DNA of 64,000 nucleotides from Hemiscyllium ocellatum (taxonomy: Eukaryota): positions 18,434,341-18,498,340 of the forward strand of contig NC_083409.1 in NCBI RefSeq assembly GCF_020745735.1, written 5' to 3'. A program made the position numbers and the translations under genes. Shown here one piece after another: positions 1 through 11,720 of this stretch. The stretch's first letter is position 1. Each line of letters starts with the position of its first letter. The notes under the pieces were generated by a model. It worked only from the letters and a program-made list of their open reading frames with translations, was not told the DNA's origin and ran no database searches.

Positions 1-1955
1 ATGTTCGGTGAAATGTTCCTCAGTTTACGTTTGCTCTTCCCGATGTAGAGAAGACCACATGGGGAACACCTGATGCAGTAATCTAGGTTGGAGGAGAAGC
101 AGGTGAACCTCTGTCTTACCTGGAAGGACTGTTTGGGGCCTTGGATGGAGGTGTGGGATTGGTGTACCAGCAGGCTTTGCATGTTTTCAGGTTGCAGGGG
201 AAGGTACCAAGGGGTTCGGGATGGTTGCAGTGCGAGTGGCACAGATCAAGAATTATCGAAGGGAATGGTCCTTGTGGAAGGCAGCCAGGGGTGGGGAGAG
301 GAAGATGTATTTGTTGGTGTTGTCTAGTTAGAGTTGATGGAAGTGTTTAAGAATGATGCGTTGGATTCAGAGATGGCTGGGGTGATAGGTGACAACAATA
401 GGGATTCTGCCTTTATTGTATTTAGAGGGGGGTGGGTTTAGAGCAGTGGAACAGGAAATAGACCTGGTGCAGTGGATGGCAGAAGGAGGAAAAGCACATT
501 GTTCGTAACAGTTGGACATCTGTGATCAGTGGAATATCTCCTCATCCGAGCAGATGGGGCAGAGGCAGAGGAATTGGGAGAATGAAATGGAGTTCTTACA
601 GGATACTGGGTGAGAGGAGGTGTAGTCCAGTTAGATATAGGAGTCTGTGGGTTTGTAGTAAATGTCTGTCTGTAGATTATCACCAGAATTGGAAATGGAG
701 AGGTCAAAAAAGGGGAGGGAGGTGTCCGAGATGGACAAAGGGAATTTGAGGACGGGGTGGAAGTTGTGGGCAAAGCCGATGAACTGCTCCAGTTCAGCCT
801 GGGTGCAGGTCACTGCACTGATGCAGTCATTGATGTAATTGCGGAAGAGTTGGGGCACAGTGCCTGCGTAGATACTGAAGAGGGACTGTACAGCATAGTC
901 GATAAAGAAGTAAGCGTAGCTGGGACCCATCTGGGTGCCCATGGCCACTCTCTGGATTTGGAGGAAATGGGAGGAGTTAAAGTAAACGTTGTTGAGGGTG
1001 AGGACTAGTTCAGCAAGTTGGAGGTGGGAATTGGTGGAGGGGACTGGATAGGTCTGTTGCAGAGGAAAAGGTGGAGGGTCTGGAGGCCATCCTTATTGGG
1101 TATGGACATATATAAGGACTGCACATCCATAGTGGAGATAAAGCGCTCAGGGCTGGGGATGTGGACGTTACTGAAGAGATGGAGGGTGTGGTTGGTGTAG
1201 CGGAGGTAGGTGGGAAGTGCCTGAAACAAGGAGGAGAGTTGAGGTAGGATGAGAGGAGTTCGGTAGAGCAGGAGCATGCTGAGACAATGGGTCAGCTGGG
1301 GTAGTTGGACTTGTGGATCTTGAGGAGCAGGTAGAACTGGGCCTTGTGGGGCTGGGGGACTATGAGATTGGAGGCAATGGAGGGGAGATCACTGGAGGCA
1401 ATGGGGGCACTGACAGTGCATGTGATTTTGGCCTGATGGGTCACCGCGGGGTCATGGGCAAGGGAAAAGTAGGGCATAGTATTGGAGAATTGGCGTTTGC
1501 CCTATGTGACATTTAGGTCTGTTCTCCAGACTAACACCACCCCACCTTTGTCAGTGGGCTTGATAGTGAACCAGGGGTTGGTGCAGAGAAAGTGGAGTCC
1601 TCAATCAGAGTAGGGTTGGTTGGAGAGGGTGACGGGGTTGCGGGAGGACATGGAGAAAATGAGGCTGCTAATGTCACCTCAGTGGTCAGCACTGAAGAGG
1701 TCTAGGATGTGTACACAGCTGGTGGTGGGGGATGGCGGGGGTGACCAAGTGAAGGAGGAATGTTGGAGGTGGGACGAGGGGTCCTCAGAGGGAGGTTGGG
1801 AGTTTTTGTTCAAGAAAAAGACACGGAGGTAGAGGCAGCGGAAGAAGAGCTCCGCTCGTGGCGGGTGCGCGTTTTGTTGAGGTGGGGTCGGGCGGGAACG
1901 ACTGTGAGCCTTTTCCTGAGGACAGACGTTTTAGCCTCAGAGAGCTCGAGGTCAG
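1..1955 (-). mobile_element. Penelope-like retroelement, decayed (RT + GIY-YIG)
   Basis: Fragments AMGTQMGPSYAYFF...FAHNFHPVLKF...TDIYYKPTDS (RT), TIKPTDKGGVVLVWRTDL, and CIRCSPCGLLYIGKSKRKLR (GIY-YIG, bases 1-120). Multiple frameshifts. Confidence 0.88.
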
Positions 1956-1959
1956 GGGA

Positions 1960-2740
1960 GGGATCCCCGGTGGAGGGCTCTCTAAGTGGGAGTCCTCCCC
2001 ATTTCTCTCGGGGATCTGGGGTGGAGGGTGCTGCATGCAGCAGTCCCCTGCAACCGCAGATTGCGGTGGTTCACAGACTCCCAGCACAACTGCTTGTTCT
2101 GTGGTGCTGTGGAGTCCATGGACCATGTATATATTGGGTGTGGGCGTTTGCACTTCCTTCTTGATTTTCTTAAAAACCTCCTCCTCTGTTTTTGGTTGCA
2201 CTTCAGTCCCACGCTCCTGATCTTCGGGCACCTGGTACGGAGGAGAGAGGGCATGTCTGAAGACCTGCGCGTGGGTCTGCTCCTGGGCCTGGCCAAACTG
2301 GCCATAAACAGATCCAGGCAGCGGGCCGTGGAGGGGGACGTGAGGGCCGACTGCCTGCTCCTCTTCCCTGGTTACGTTAGAACCCGGGTGTCCTTGGAGA
2401 GGGAGCACGCGGTGTCCAGCAACACCCTGGAGTTGTTCAAGGAGAGGGGGGCGCCGCAGGGAGTGGAGGGCATTATATCCCCCTCCAACTCTATTTTGAT
2501 TTAATCCCTGCGCTCCCCTTCACTGTTTGATCACACAGCATTGTCCTTTGATGTGAAGGGCACTGCTTGTCACAGGCCACTCGGGTGTTTCCTTTCTTCC
2601 TGATGGTGGAAACTGAATCAAGTTTCGGACACCTTGTGTCTCTCACTGTGTCTCACACCTGCACACACACACCATGGGTGCTGGGGAAAAAATAAGCAAG
2701 ACCACTGTTAGGCAGTAGAGTAGGGCAATAGAAAAAAAAT
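1960..2740 (+). mobile_element. Tx1/L1-type LINE, 3' fragment
   Basis: ORF 1986-2504 contains DLGWRVLHAAVPCN...CLFCGAVESMDHVYIGC (C-terminal CCHC domain), followed by a 3' UTR ending in an A-rich tail. Confidence 0.75.
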
Positions 2741-3687
2741 AAACAGGAGTGTCAGAGGTTCTAAGAAAAATAAATGGGGACTGTCAGAAGTATTGATAGG
2801 AGAAAGGGAGGACTGCAGATGCTGGAGATCAGAGCTGAAAATGTGGTGCTGAAAATGTGCAGCAGGTCAGGCAGCATCCAAGGAGCAGGACTCTGCGACC
2901 TGACTGAATAACAACCTGCGAACCAACACCCTCCTTCTGTCACCCTCAATCTCCCCATGCTTACTCTTGATGCCCCTTCGATCCAGCTTGTGCTGCCTTT
3001 GGGGGAGGCTGACCTTCCCTCCCTACCTCACCCAGGAACAAGGTCATCATCCTAAAGGAGCACAGTCACGTTTTTAACCTGAGGGGCATCACAGCTGGGA
3101 CAGGAGGAGACAACTTGGCACCTTCATGGTGGTCATACCTGTCATTAATCCACGGCAACCTCTCTTGGAGCTGCAAGAATTCAACCTCCCTCCCTCAGAC
3201 AGCTCCCCTCCCTGGAAGGTAATATTGCTGCTCCTAATTTCGGGCTAATTGACAACTGAAATAGAACTATGGTGAGCCAGCATTGGCTGGGCAGGCAGCC
3301 ACTACTGCTCTGAACCTGTATCCAGAAAATCCCCTTGTAATTGGGCAACACATTAGGGAGCATAGTGCCCACTGCCTCTGAAACCCCTCCTTTACCGAGA
3401 ATACACTCTCAGCTGCCATATGAAACACTATAAACTCTGTGTCCTGTGATCCTGCCCCTCCAGCTAGCTGATGAAGGAACAGCGCACCGAGTACTTCTAC
3501 TTCCAAATAAACCTGTTTGACTCAAACCTGGTATTGTGTGCTTTTTAACTTTGGCAATCTGAATGAACTGCCTCTCAGACTGAATCAGCTGAGCTGTTTT
3601 TCATTCATGATTTGAGAAGATTAAAGCCTGATCTTCAATCCCCAGCACAAAGCCCATTCTCAATCCATCGCTTGGAGACACAAACCT

Positions 3688-3866
3688 CAGAGAGACACCT
3701 ACAGGCAGCACAGAGTAACACACTCGCACTGAGAGAGACACCTACAGGCAGCACAGAGTAACACACTCGCACTGAGAGAGACACCTACAGGCAGCACAGA
3801 GTAACACACTCACACTGAGAGAGACACCTACAGGCTGCACTAAGTAACACACACTGAGAGAGACAC
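3688..3866. repeat. 43-bp minisatellite, about 4 copies
   Basis: Unit gagagagacacctacaggcagcacagagtaacacactcgcact, nearly perfect in copies 1-3. Confidence 0.95.
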
Positions 3867-4212
3867 AGCCGACAATGTCTGTGAATGGCTGAAGATTGTT
3901 TCAGGGGCTACCCAACACGCCACAGAGATTGCACAGTGCAATCCCATCAGCTGGGCCTGGAAGGAATGCGTCGGGTTGTACTTATTGAGTCCTAACAACT
4001 TTCAGTTTCTGTTCTTTTTGGAATCTTGTAATCTACATAAATTTCTGACCAAAGGGATCATTTGAAAATGATTAATGATAGATGATTGTAATTGATTGAC
4101 AGGCCAAGCAACCAATTGTGACAATGACCTGCTGAAATGCAGCCAATCAACTGGGGAGGGGGAGGGGGTCATCTATTTCCAAAGCACACGAAACAGAGAT
4201 TGAATCTTCATC

Positions 4213-4218
4213 TTTATT
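4213..4218 (-). terminator. Paralogous poly(A) signal of the pseudo-C
   Basis: AATAAA on the minus strand in the same aligned position as 27422-27427. Confidence 0.55.
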
Positions 4219-4741
4219 CCCTTTTCCACATTCACATTGACAGAAAAAAAACTGCAACTAACAGCCCAGACAGAGGAAGCTGCTCAAATTCACAGCCACA
4301 ATGGCGTTTGAGGAAAACACTTGTGAAGATTTGCTCAATAACATGAGAATCCTGTCCCTTTAAACAGTGATAAAACCTTAAATTGGAACTGACAGCGAAG
4401 CAGGAAGAAGATCTGGTTTACTGAAGCAGAGACTTCTGAGGTTCACATTGTTTTTATACAGCTGACAGTCTTCAGCAACTTCAAAAGATTTTACTTGGCA
4501 TACAGTCAACACTTCCCAATCAAACACTCCCCAGACAAGGACAACATGAGCTTTGACATAGCGCAAAGTCTCATGATACTGTCGCAGTGACCGACTTCAA
4601 CATCCAAACCTCAGATGTATCTCTGAGCCAGTCCTGAGAAGGAAGAGAGTTGAAATTCAGTGCTGACAATGACCTTTGTCCTGCCAGCTCAGCCCTGTTA
4701 TATTTAAAGTTGTGTCTCCTCTGTGGACTGTCTCCAACACT

Positions 4742-5048
4742 CTACACACATTCTGATCTCCTGATGCTCTTGCTGAGTGGAGAGGGGAGGAGAAGCGAGT
4801 GTTGGACTCCCAGTCAGACCCAGAGAGGGTCAGCAGGCTGCTGACACTGTAGGTGCTGTCCGAAGCTCGCAGGTAGTTGCTGGTCTGAACCCCGTCCGAA
4901 ATGACTGCACCATCCTTCTTCCACTGCACCTCCAGCTCATCGGGATAAAAGTGATTGGCAAGGCACACCAGGGTGGCAGTGCCCTTGGCATTGACCTGCT
5001 CCGGGGAGGGGGGCAGCAGGGTCAGCTTGGGCTGAGAGTTCTCACGGC
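4742..5048 (-). pseudogene. IGKC: Orphan Ig kappa C pseudo-exon with 22-nt frameshift deletion
   Basis: Aligns to 27956-28284 with 6 substitutions (counted by eye) and lacks plus-strand gtcacgtgggtgagggcacagg near 4790. This removes the second Cys and shifts the frame to a stop at 4657. The acceptor is intact, but I found no J or V between 5049 and 27300. Confidence 0.93.
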
Positions 5049-6929
5049 CTGAAAGACAAAAGAAACAATTTTAATCCCTGCAAAGCAAATGGATTTTGAC
5101 TCTCAGTATATTCACTGGCAATACAATCATATTGAACATTTATAGTCAATACAGAATAGACCCGACAAAAGAACAGGTATTGTTTAAATTGCTTCATGGG
5201 ATATGAGAGTCACTGCCAGGACCAGCATTTATTGCCCATCCCTAATTGCCCCTGAAAGAGAAGGGATAGTTTTAGACCATCGTTTAGGGAATGAATGTGG
5301 GCAGCTGGAAGGGCTATCAATGGGGGAGCATTTCAGTGACAGTGATCAGAACTCAGATTGAGTGTACGGATGGAAATGGAGAACAATGGAGCAAGTGTAA
5401 AAGTTTTCATTTGGGAATAAACTATTTTACTAAACTGTGCGGTGATTTAGCAAAGTGGACTGAAATCAAGTACATGGTGGAAAATCAGTGTCAGGGCAGT
5501 GGGAGACCTCGAAGGATGAGACAGAGATTGTTCAGAATCTGTTCCCACAATGAGTAAGGGTGAGACTCCCAAATATAGACTCTCAGCCTGGGATGTCAAA
5601 AGGCAGCAGAGTAGGGAAGACCAAACAGTGATGGTGATGTTGGTTATCTGGAGATCAAACCTGCAGAAAGCTGAGAGGAGGATAGAAAATGCAGGGGTGA
5701 CATTGAACAGGACCTGAGGAAGGCAAAGAACTGACAGGATGAAATATGTCCAACTGAATCAGGGAAATCCCAACGAACAAGAGGATTGAGGTCATGTACT
5801 GACATGGATTGGGAACTGGTCGGCAGACAGGACAGAAACAACAAGTCTTTTTCTGAATGGCAGGTAGTTACCAATTGTCATACTACAGGGGTCAGTCCTT
5901 GGTACCCAGTTATTCATAATATACAATCATAGAATCATAGAGACCCAAAAGGCCCATCAGCCCATTGTGTCCAGACTGGTCAAAAAAATAGCAACCCAAT
6001 AATTTTCATCCATTCTTCCAGTATGAGGGAATTAGATGTGGTATGTGTTCAAGAAGGAATAAAATATTGTTCTTAGGATTAAAGGGATCAAAGAATGTGG
6101 GGAGAAAGGAGGAACAGGGGATTGTGTTGGATGATCGGCTGTGATCATATTGAAGGGTGGAGCATTCGAGGTGTGTAAAATGATGAGGGCCCTGGACAGA
6201 GTGGGTAGGAAGGACTGATTTCCATCAGCAGAGAAGCAATAGCTATGGGGAGAGATTGAAATGAATTGGGGCAGGGTTTGAGGGGAGTTGAGGAGTAACT
6301 GTTTCCACCCAGAGGCTGGTGAGATCTGGGACTTACTGACTGAAAGGGTGGGAGAGGCCAAAACCATCATCACATTGAAAAAACACTTGAATATTCACTT
6401 GAAACAGCGAAACCTCCAGAGCTATGGAGAAAAGCTGGAAAGTAGGATGGAGATCAATACATCTTTAACAAACCTGCTATCACCCACAGATCAGGAGAAC
6501 TTTATCTGAGAACATTGGAGCAGACTTGGATCCACACACTTCATTGGGTGTCCATGTGGAAGGTTCCAGATTACATTTCAAACCTTGCTGCACACCAATG
6601 GGCTGAGGTCAAGGGTGAGGCTACAAAGAGTCTCACTGCCCCAGGGTCAGCCAAGGTCACTTCTCCTAATGACTCAATGACCCCTGGAAGGTGAGAGTAC
6701 ACGGACAATGGGTGAGGGTCAGGATCAGGAAGCTCCAACCTTAAAGAAAGACTTGAATTTGTGTGGCACCTATCCCCAACTCAGGATGCCCCAATGGCTC
6801 TTTCCAGCAGAGTGTGCACAGTAAGATCCCAAACACATGATGATAATTAGCAGGGAAATAGATTTTTATTGATTTTGATTGGGGTATAAGTATTGACCAG
6901 GGCACTGGGGGAACTGCCTGCTGTTCCTC

Positions 6930-7680
6930 CAATGGTGTCATGGAATGGCATCTTTCACAACTGAAGGATTCCCAGTTCATCCAAAAAAAGTATAGTTCCT
7001 TCAAAGTGGAGTTGCAGGTCGATAGTGTGGTGAAGATGTTGTTCAATATGCTTTCCTTTATTGGGCAGTGCATTGAGTATTGGAGTTGGGAGCTGTTGCG
7101 GCTGTACAGGACATTGGTTAGGGCACTTTGGGAATACTGTGTGCAATTCTGGTCTCCCTGCTACAGGAATAATGTTGTGAATGTTAAAATGCTTCAGAAA
7201 AGATTTACAAAGATGTTGCCAGGGTCGGAGGGTTTGAGCTATCTGGAGAGGCTGAATAGGCTGAGGCTATTGTCCCTGCAACTTTGGAGGCTGAGGGGTG
7301 ACAATATAATGGTTCATAAAATCATGAGGGGCATAGATAGGGTGAATAGAGAAGATCTTTTCTCCAGAGTGGGGCTGTTGAAAACTAGAAGGCATAGGTT
7401 GAAGGTGACAGTGGAAAGATTTAAAAGGGACCTAAGGGCCAACCTTTTCATGTGGAGGGTGGTACATGTATGGAATAAGCTGCCAGAAGAAGTGGTGGAG
7501 GCTGGTAGAATTACAGCATTTAAAAGGCATCTGGATGGGTATATGAATAGGAAGAGTTCAGAGGGATATGGGCTAAATGCTGGCAAAGGGGACTAGATTA
7601 ATTTCGGATATCTGGTCAGCATTGATGAGTTGGATTGAAGGGTTGGTTTCCGTGCTGTACAAATCTCTGACTCTAACTGA
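6930..7680 (+). mobile_element. CR1-type LINE 3' fragment
   Basis: ORF 6940-7596 contains [19 protein letters not shown]...VVHVWNKLPEEVVEAG (CR1 RT C-terminus). Confidence 0.88.
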
Positions 7681-9574
7681 AGTTCAATTGAACCCTTAAC
7701 ACCTCAGACTCTCCCAAAGACATTTATAGACAGTTTTGTTTGAAAACCAGTCACTGTTACAATGTCGGGAAAGTGGCAGCCAGTTTCTACTCAGCAAGAT
7801 CCCATAAAAGCAATGAGATCAAAGACCACTGTTAATGATGCTGGTTCAAAGATAAATATTGTCCTGAACTCAACTCAAAGACCCAATAATTCGGTTGAGT
7901 TGGATGGAAAATGAGGAAATAGAGTGGAAAGGAGCAGGTAGGTTGGTGGTTAGTGATGGGATTGATTGTTACCAGAAAATAAAAGGAAGGGGCAGAATTT
8001 TTGAATATCAAAGGAACCATGTGCAGGGAAAATCAATAATAGAACAAACTTAAAGAGGTTTTATCTAAATGCATGAACCATTCCGAGTAAGGGAGACAAA
8101 GTGATGCCACAAATTGAGGTAAATTGAGTTTCCAAGGGATTTAAACTAGTTAAAGTGGAGGAGGGCTCAGGAGAAGTTATTCAGGTTTCTGGAAGATATA
8201 ATAGGACAGAGAGTACGGAAAGGATCAAGAGTTGAACATCAAACACAAGAGATAAGAGGACAATGATGGGAAGAAGTGCAGTCAATGCAGGAATGAACTT
8301 GTAGTGCAGATTGAATCTGGCAGGTATGATGTTGTGGGTATCACAGAGATATGGCTGTCAGGGGCTCTGGGCTGGGAACTAAATATCCAAGGATATATGT
8401 CCTATCAAAAGGACAGGCAGATGGGCAGAGGGGCAAGAGTTGCCATTTTAGTAAGAAATGAAATTAAATCAATAGCAAGAAGTGATATAGAGTCAGAAGT
8501 AGAATCTGGGTGGGTAGAGTTGAGGAACTGCAAGAAATAAAGAATCTGATGAAAGTTATGTCCAGGTCTCCAGGCTGTAATCAGGATCATGATCAGGAGG
8601 GGACAATGGGGAACACAATAATCTGATGCAAATTCCCCATCAACGCTCACCCATCCCTTAGGCACAGCAAGATCAAAAGCCAAGAAATTCAAATCAACTG
8701 TTTGGGAGCCAGAGCCACTGGGAACCCGAAATTGATGAATATGACCAGCAGGACCTTGTTACTCAGAATAACAATTGCATAAGAACAATTTGGGAAATAA
8801 ATATTCCATAAATTAGACTTGGGTTTTCTTTACTCTTCAAATGAGATGGAATTGCCCCGTGTGTCCCTGGAGTCAGATTGAGAATGTTCAGTCCGGGGGA
8901 GTCTGGGAGTCACGGCTGGGGGGGACAGTCAATGATAAACTGGTTCCACTTTCTGCTGTCATATTCTGTAGCCCCTGGGCTATCTCAGTGACAACCATCC
9001 AGGGCTCAGGGTGGATTCCAGAGCAGCTCATTGTCCTGACTTTGTGTTCCTCAGTCCACATGTGGCTCCAGCAATCTCACTCCATGGTTCTCGTATCAGT
9101 GGGAACCATGGGGCTGAAATCTTATCCAAACAGAATCTCACACAGCGGGGAGGCTGCTGGTGGATCAGAAACCCCTTGGATTCAGTCCCAGATTCCACTG
9201 TGGCTCTTTCATTCAAACACAGCATTAGCACACTGACACCACATTCAGAGGGCAATCCTGAGATGGGGCAAGTTTGGTTCTTGATTCCAATGTGAGGAAA
9301 TGGGGGCTGGGTGTGAAATGTCTAGTCTGAAACTGGTGGGGGTACTTTATAATGAAGAATAGAAACTGATGTCAGAATAAAGTCAGGTGTTGATGGGAGT
9401 GAGGAATATCTCAGTGATCTGTCTCCAGAATCCACAGCCTACACACATCCTTCTGTCAGACCCTGAAGGCTGAGAAACAGCTCCTTGACATCTAACATTT
9501 CTCCAACTTTCCCAGAAATGGTGAAATATTTTCTTTGTCAGTGATTCCCTGGGACAGGACATATTAAAAAGTGC

Positions 9575-11187
9575 ATTTTAGAATGGATGGCATTGAAGTA
9601 TGTAGGGAAGAGGTTTTGGGAATACTGGAAAGGATGAAAATAGATAAGTCTCATGGGCCTGATGGCATTTATCCTAGATCCTCTGGGAAGCTAGGGAGGA
9701 GATAGCAGAGCCATTGGCCTGGATTTTTATGTTGTCATTGTCAACGGGAATAGTACCAGAAGACTGGAGGATGGCGAATGTGGTCCCCTTGTTCAAGAAG
9801 GGGAGTAGGGATAGCCCGAGTAACTATAGGCCAGTGAGTCTGACTTCTGTGGTGGGCAAAGTCTTAGAGAGAATTGTAAGGGATAAGATTTATGAACATC
9901 TGGATAGGAATAACGTGATCAAGGATAGTCAGCATGGTTTTGTGAAGGGCAGGTCGTGCCTCACAAACCTTATTGAGTTCTTTGAGCAGGTGACTAAGGA
10001 GGTGGACGAGGGTAAAGCAGTAGATGTTGTGTATATGGATTTTAGTAAGGCGTTCGATAAGGTACCCCATGGTAGGCTAATGCAAAAACTATGGAGGTAT
10101 GGCATTGAGGGTGCATTAGAGGTTTGGATTAGAAATTGGCTGGCTGGAAGGAGACAGAGGGTAGTAGTTGATGGTATAGGTTCATCTTGGAGTGCAGTTA
10201 CTAGCGGTGTACCTCAAGGATCTGTTTTGGGACCATCGCTTTTTGTTATCTTTATAAATGATCTAGAGGAGGGGCTTGAAAGCTGGGTGAGTAAGTTTGC
10301 GGATGACACAAAAGTCGGTGGAGTTGTGGATAGTGAGGAAGGATGTGGCAGGTTACAGCGGGATATAGACAAGTTGCAAAGCTGGGCAGAAAGGTGGCAA
10401 TTGGAATTCAATGTAGCTAAGTGTGAAGTCATTCACTTTGGTAGGAGTAACAAGAAGATGGATTACTGGGCTAATGGTAGGCTACTTGGTAGTGTGGATG
10501 AGCAGAGGGATCTTGGTGTCCATGTACACAGATCTCTGAAAGTTGCCACCCAGGTAAATAGTGCTGTGAGGAAGGCATATGGTGTACTGGGCTTTATTGG
10601 CAGAGGAATTGAGTTCCGGAGTCCTGAGGTCATGTTGCAGTTGTATAAGACTCTGGTGCGGCCTCATCTGGAGTATTGTGTGCAGTTTTGGTGGCCATAC
10701 TATAGGAAGGATGTGAAGGCATTGGAACGAGTGCAGAGGAGGTTTACCAGGATGTTGCCTGGTATGGTAGGAAAATCGTATGAGGAAAGACTGAGGCACT
10801 TGGGGCTGTTCTCATTGGAGAAAAGAAGGTTTAGGGGAGATTTGATAGAGGTGTACAAGATGATTAGGGGTTTAGATAGGGTAGACACTGAGAACCTTTT
10901 ACCGCTAATGGAGTCAGCTGTTACAAGGGGACACAGCTTTAAATTAAGGGGTGGAAGGTATAGGACAGATGTTAGGGGTAGATTCTTTACACAGCGGGTT
11001 GTGAGTTCATGGAATGCCCTGCCAGTAGCAGTGGTGAACTCTCCCTCTTTATGGTCATTTAAACGGGCATTGGATAGGCATTTGGAAGTTATTGGGCTAG
11101 TGTAGGTTAGGTAGGATTCGGTCGGCGCAACATTGAGGGCCGAAGGGCCTGTACTGCGCTGTATTTTTCTATGTTCTATGTTCTATG
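9575..11187 (+). mobile_element. Young 5'-truncated CR1 LINE with open RT domain
   Basis: 463-aa ORF 9714-11105 (NYRPVSLTSVVGK, QHGF, YMDFSKAFDKV, GVPQGSVLGP, SKFADDTK), ending in a (TTCTATG)n tail. It is absent from the paralogous site at about 26026. Confidence 0.96.
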
Positions 11188-11477
11188 CTGTGGGAAGGGA
11201 ACTGTTGCCTCTCAATGACAAAGCCAATGGAAGGATGTGGAGCTGGCACTGTGAAATGTTAGGGCACAGAGGATGACACCAGAAGCAATTCAATGTTGTC
11301 ACTCTCTGCTTTGCAATTGCTAAACTAGTAATAATTGGTTTTTGCTCACAATTTGGTCTCTTGTATTCGATCCACTTGCCTTTCTTGCTTTGCTTCTTTT
11401 GACTTGAGTCTGTGGGTAGCTCCATCAAAACCCAATTCCCTCACTCTCATCCAGGCCCCTGAAGAGATTAGAGACAA

Positions 11478-11720
11478 AAGAAAGTGCAAATGCTGGAATC
11501 CAAGGTTGACAAGCAGGAGGCTGGGAGAACACAGCAAGCCAGGCAGCATCAGGAGGTGGAGAAATCAATGTTTTGGCTGTAATCCTTCTTCAGGAATGGG
11601 GGTGGGTTGGGAGGTGGGGGAATGATGGGGGAGCTGCAGATAAAGGGAGTAGTGGGGGGCAGGGTGGTGAGATGGGGATAGGTGAAGGTAGGTAGAGGAT
11701 TGGTTGATGGGAGGGATGAA
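11478..11720 (-). mobile_element. Penelope terminal-repeat fragment with degenerate hammerhead
   Basis: Same repeat family as 21290-21450 and 61360-61500. Minus strand ATTC-CTGAAGA-A-GGAT-TAC-AGCC-AAAACATT at 11562-11597. Confidence 0.65.

Larger units (their letters stand above)
4150..8590 (+). repeat. Direct segmental duplication of about 27315-31050 (3'UTR, C exon, distal intron)
   Basis: Collinear blocks: 4150-5085/27315-28320, 5200-5600/28430-28860, 6165-6930/29280-30090, 7690-8590/30130-31050. Confidence 0.88.

Noticed and set aside
3688-3866. CACAGAG in each minisatellite unit as an RSS array, or the array as CRISPR-like
   Set aside because: No nonamer at 12 or 23 bp, there are no unique spacers, and the DNA is eukaryotic.
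9028-9255. ORFs repeated at 9028-9255 and 26356-26760 as a conserved small protein
   Set aside because: The similarity follows from the DNA duplication. Starts and stops differ, and no domain is recognisable.
9714-11105. Host gene or autonomous intact LINE
   Set aside because: The element is 5'-truncated (no ORF1 or endonuclease) and has a frameshift near 9680. It is a passive CR1 copy.
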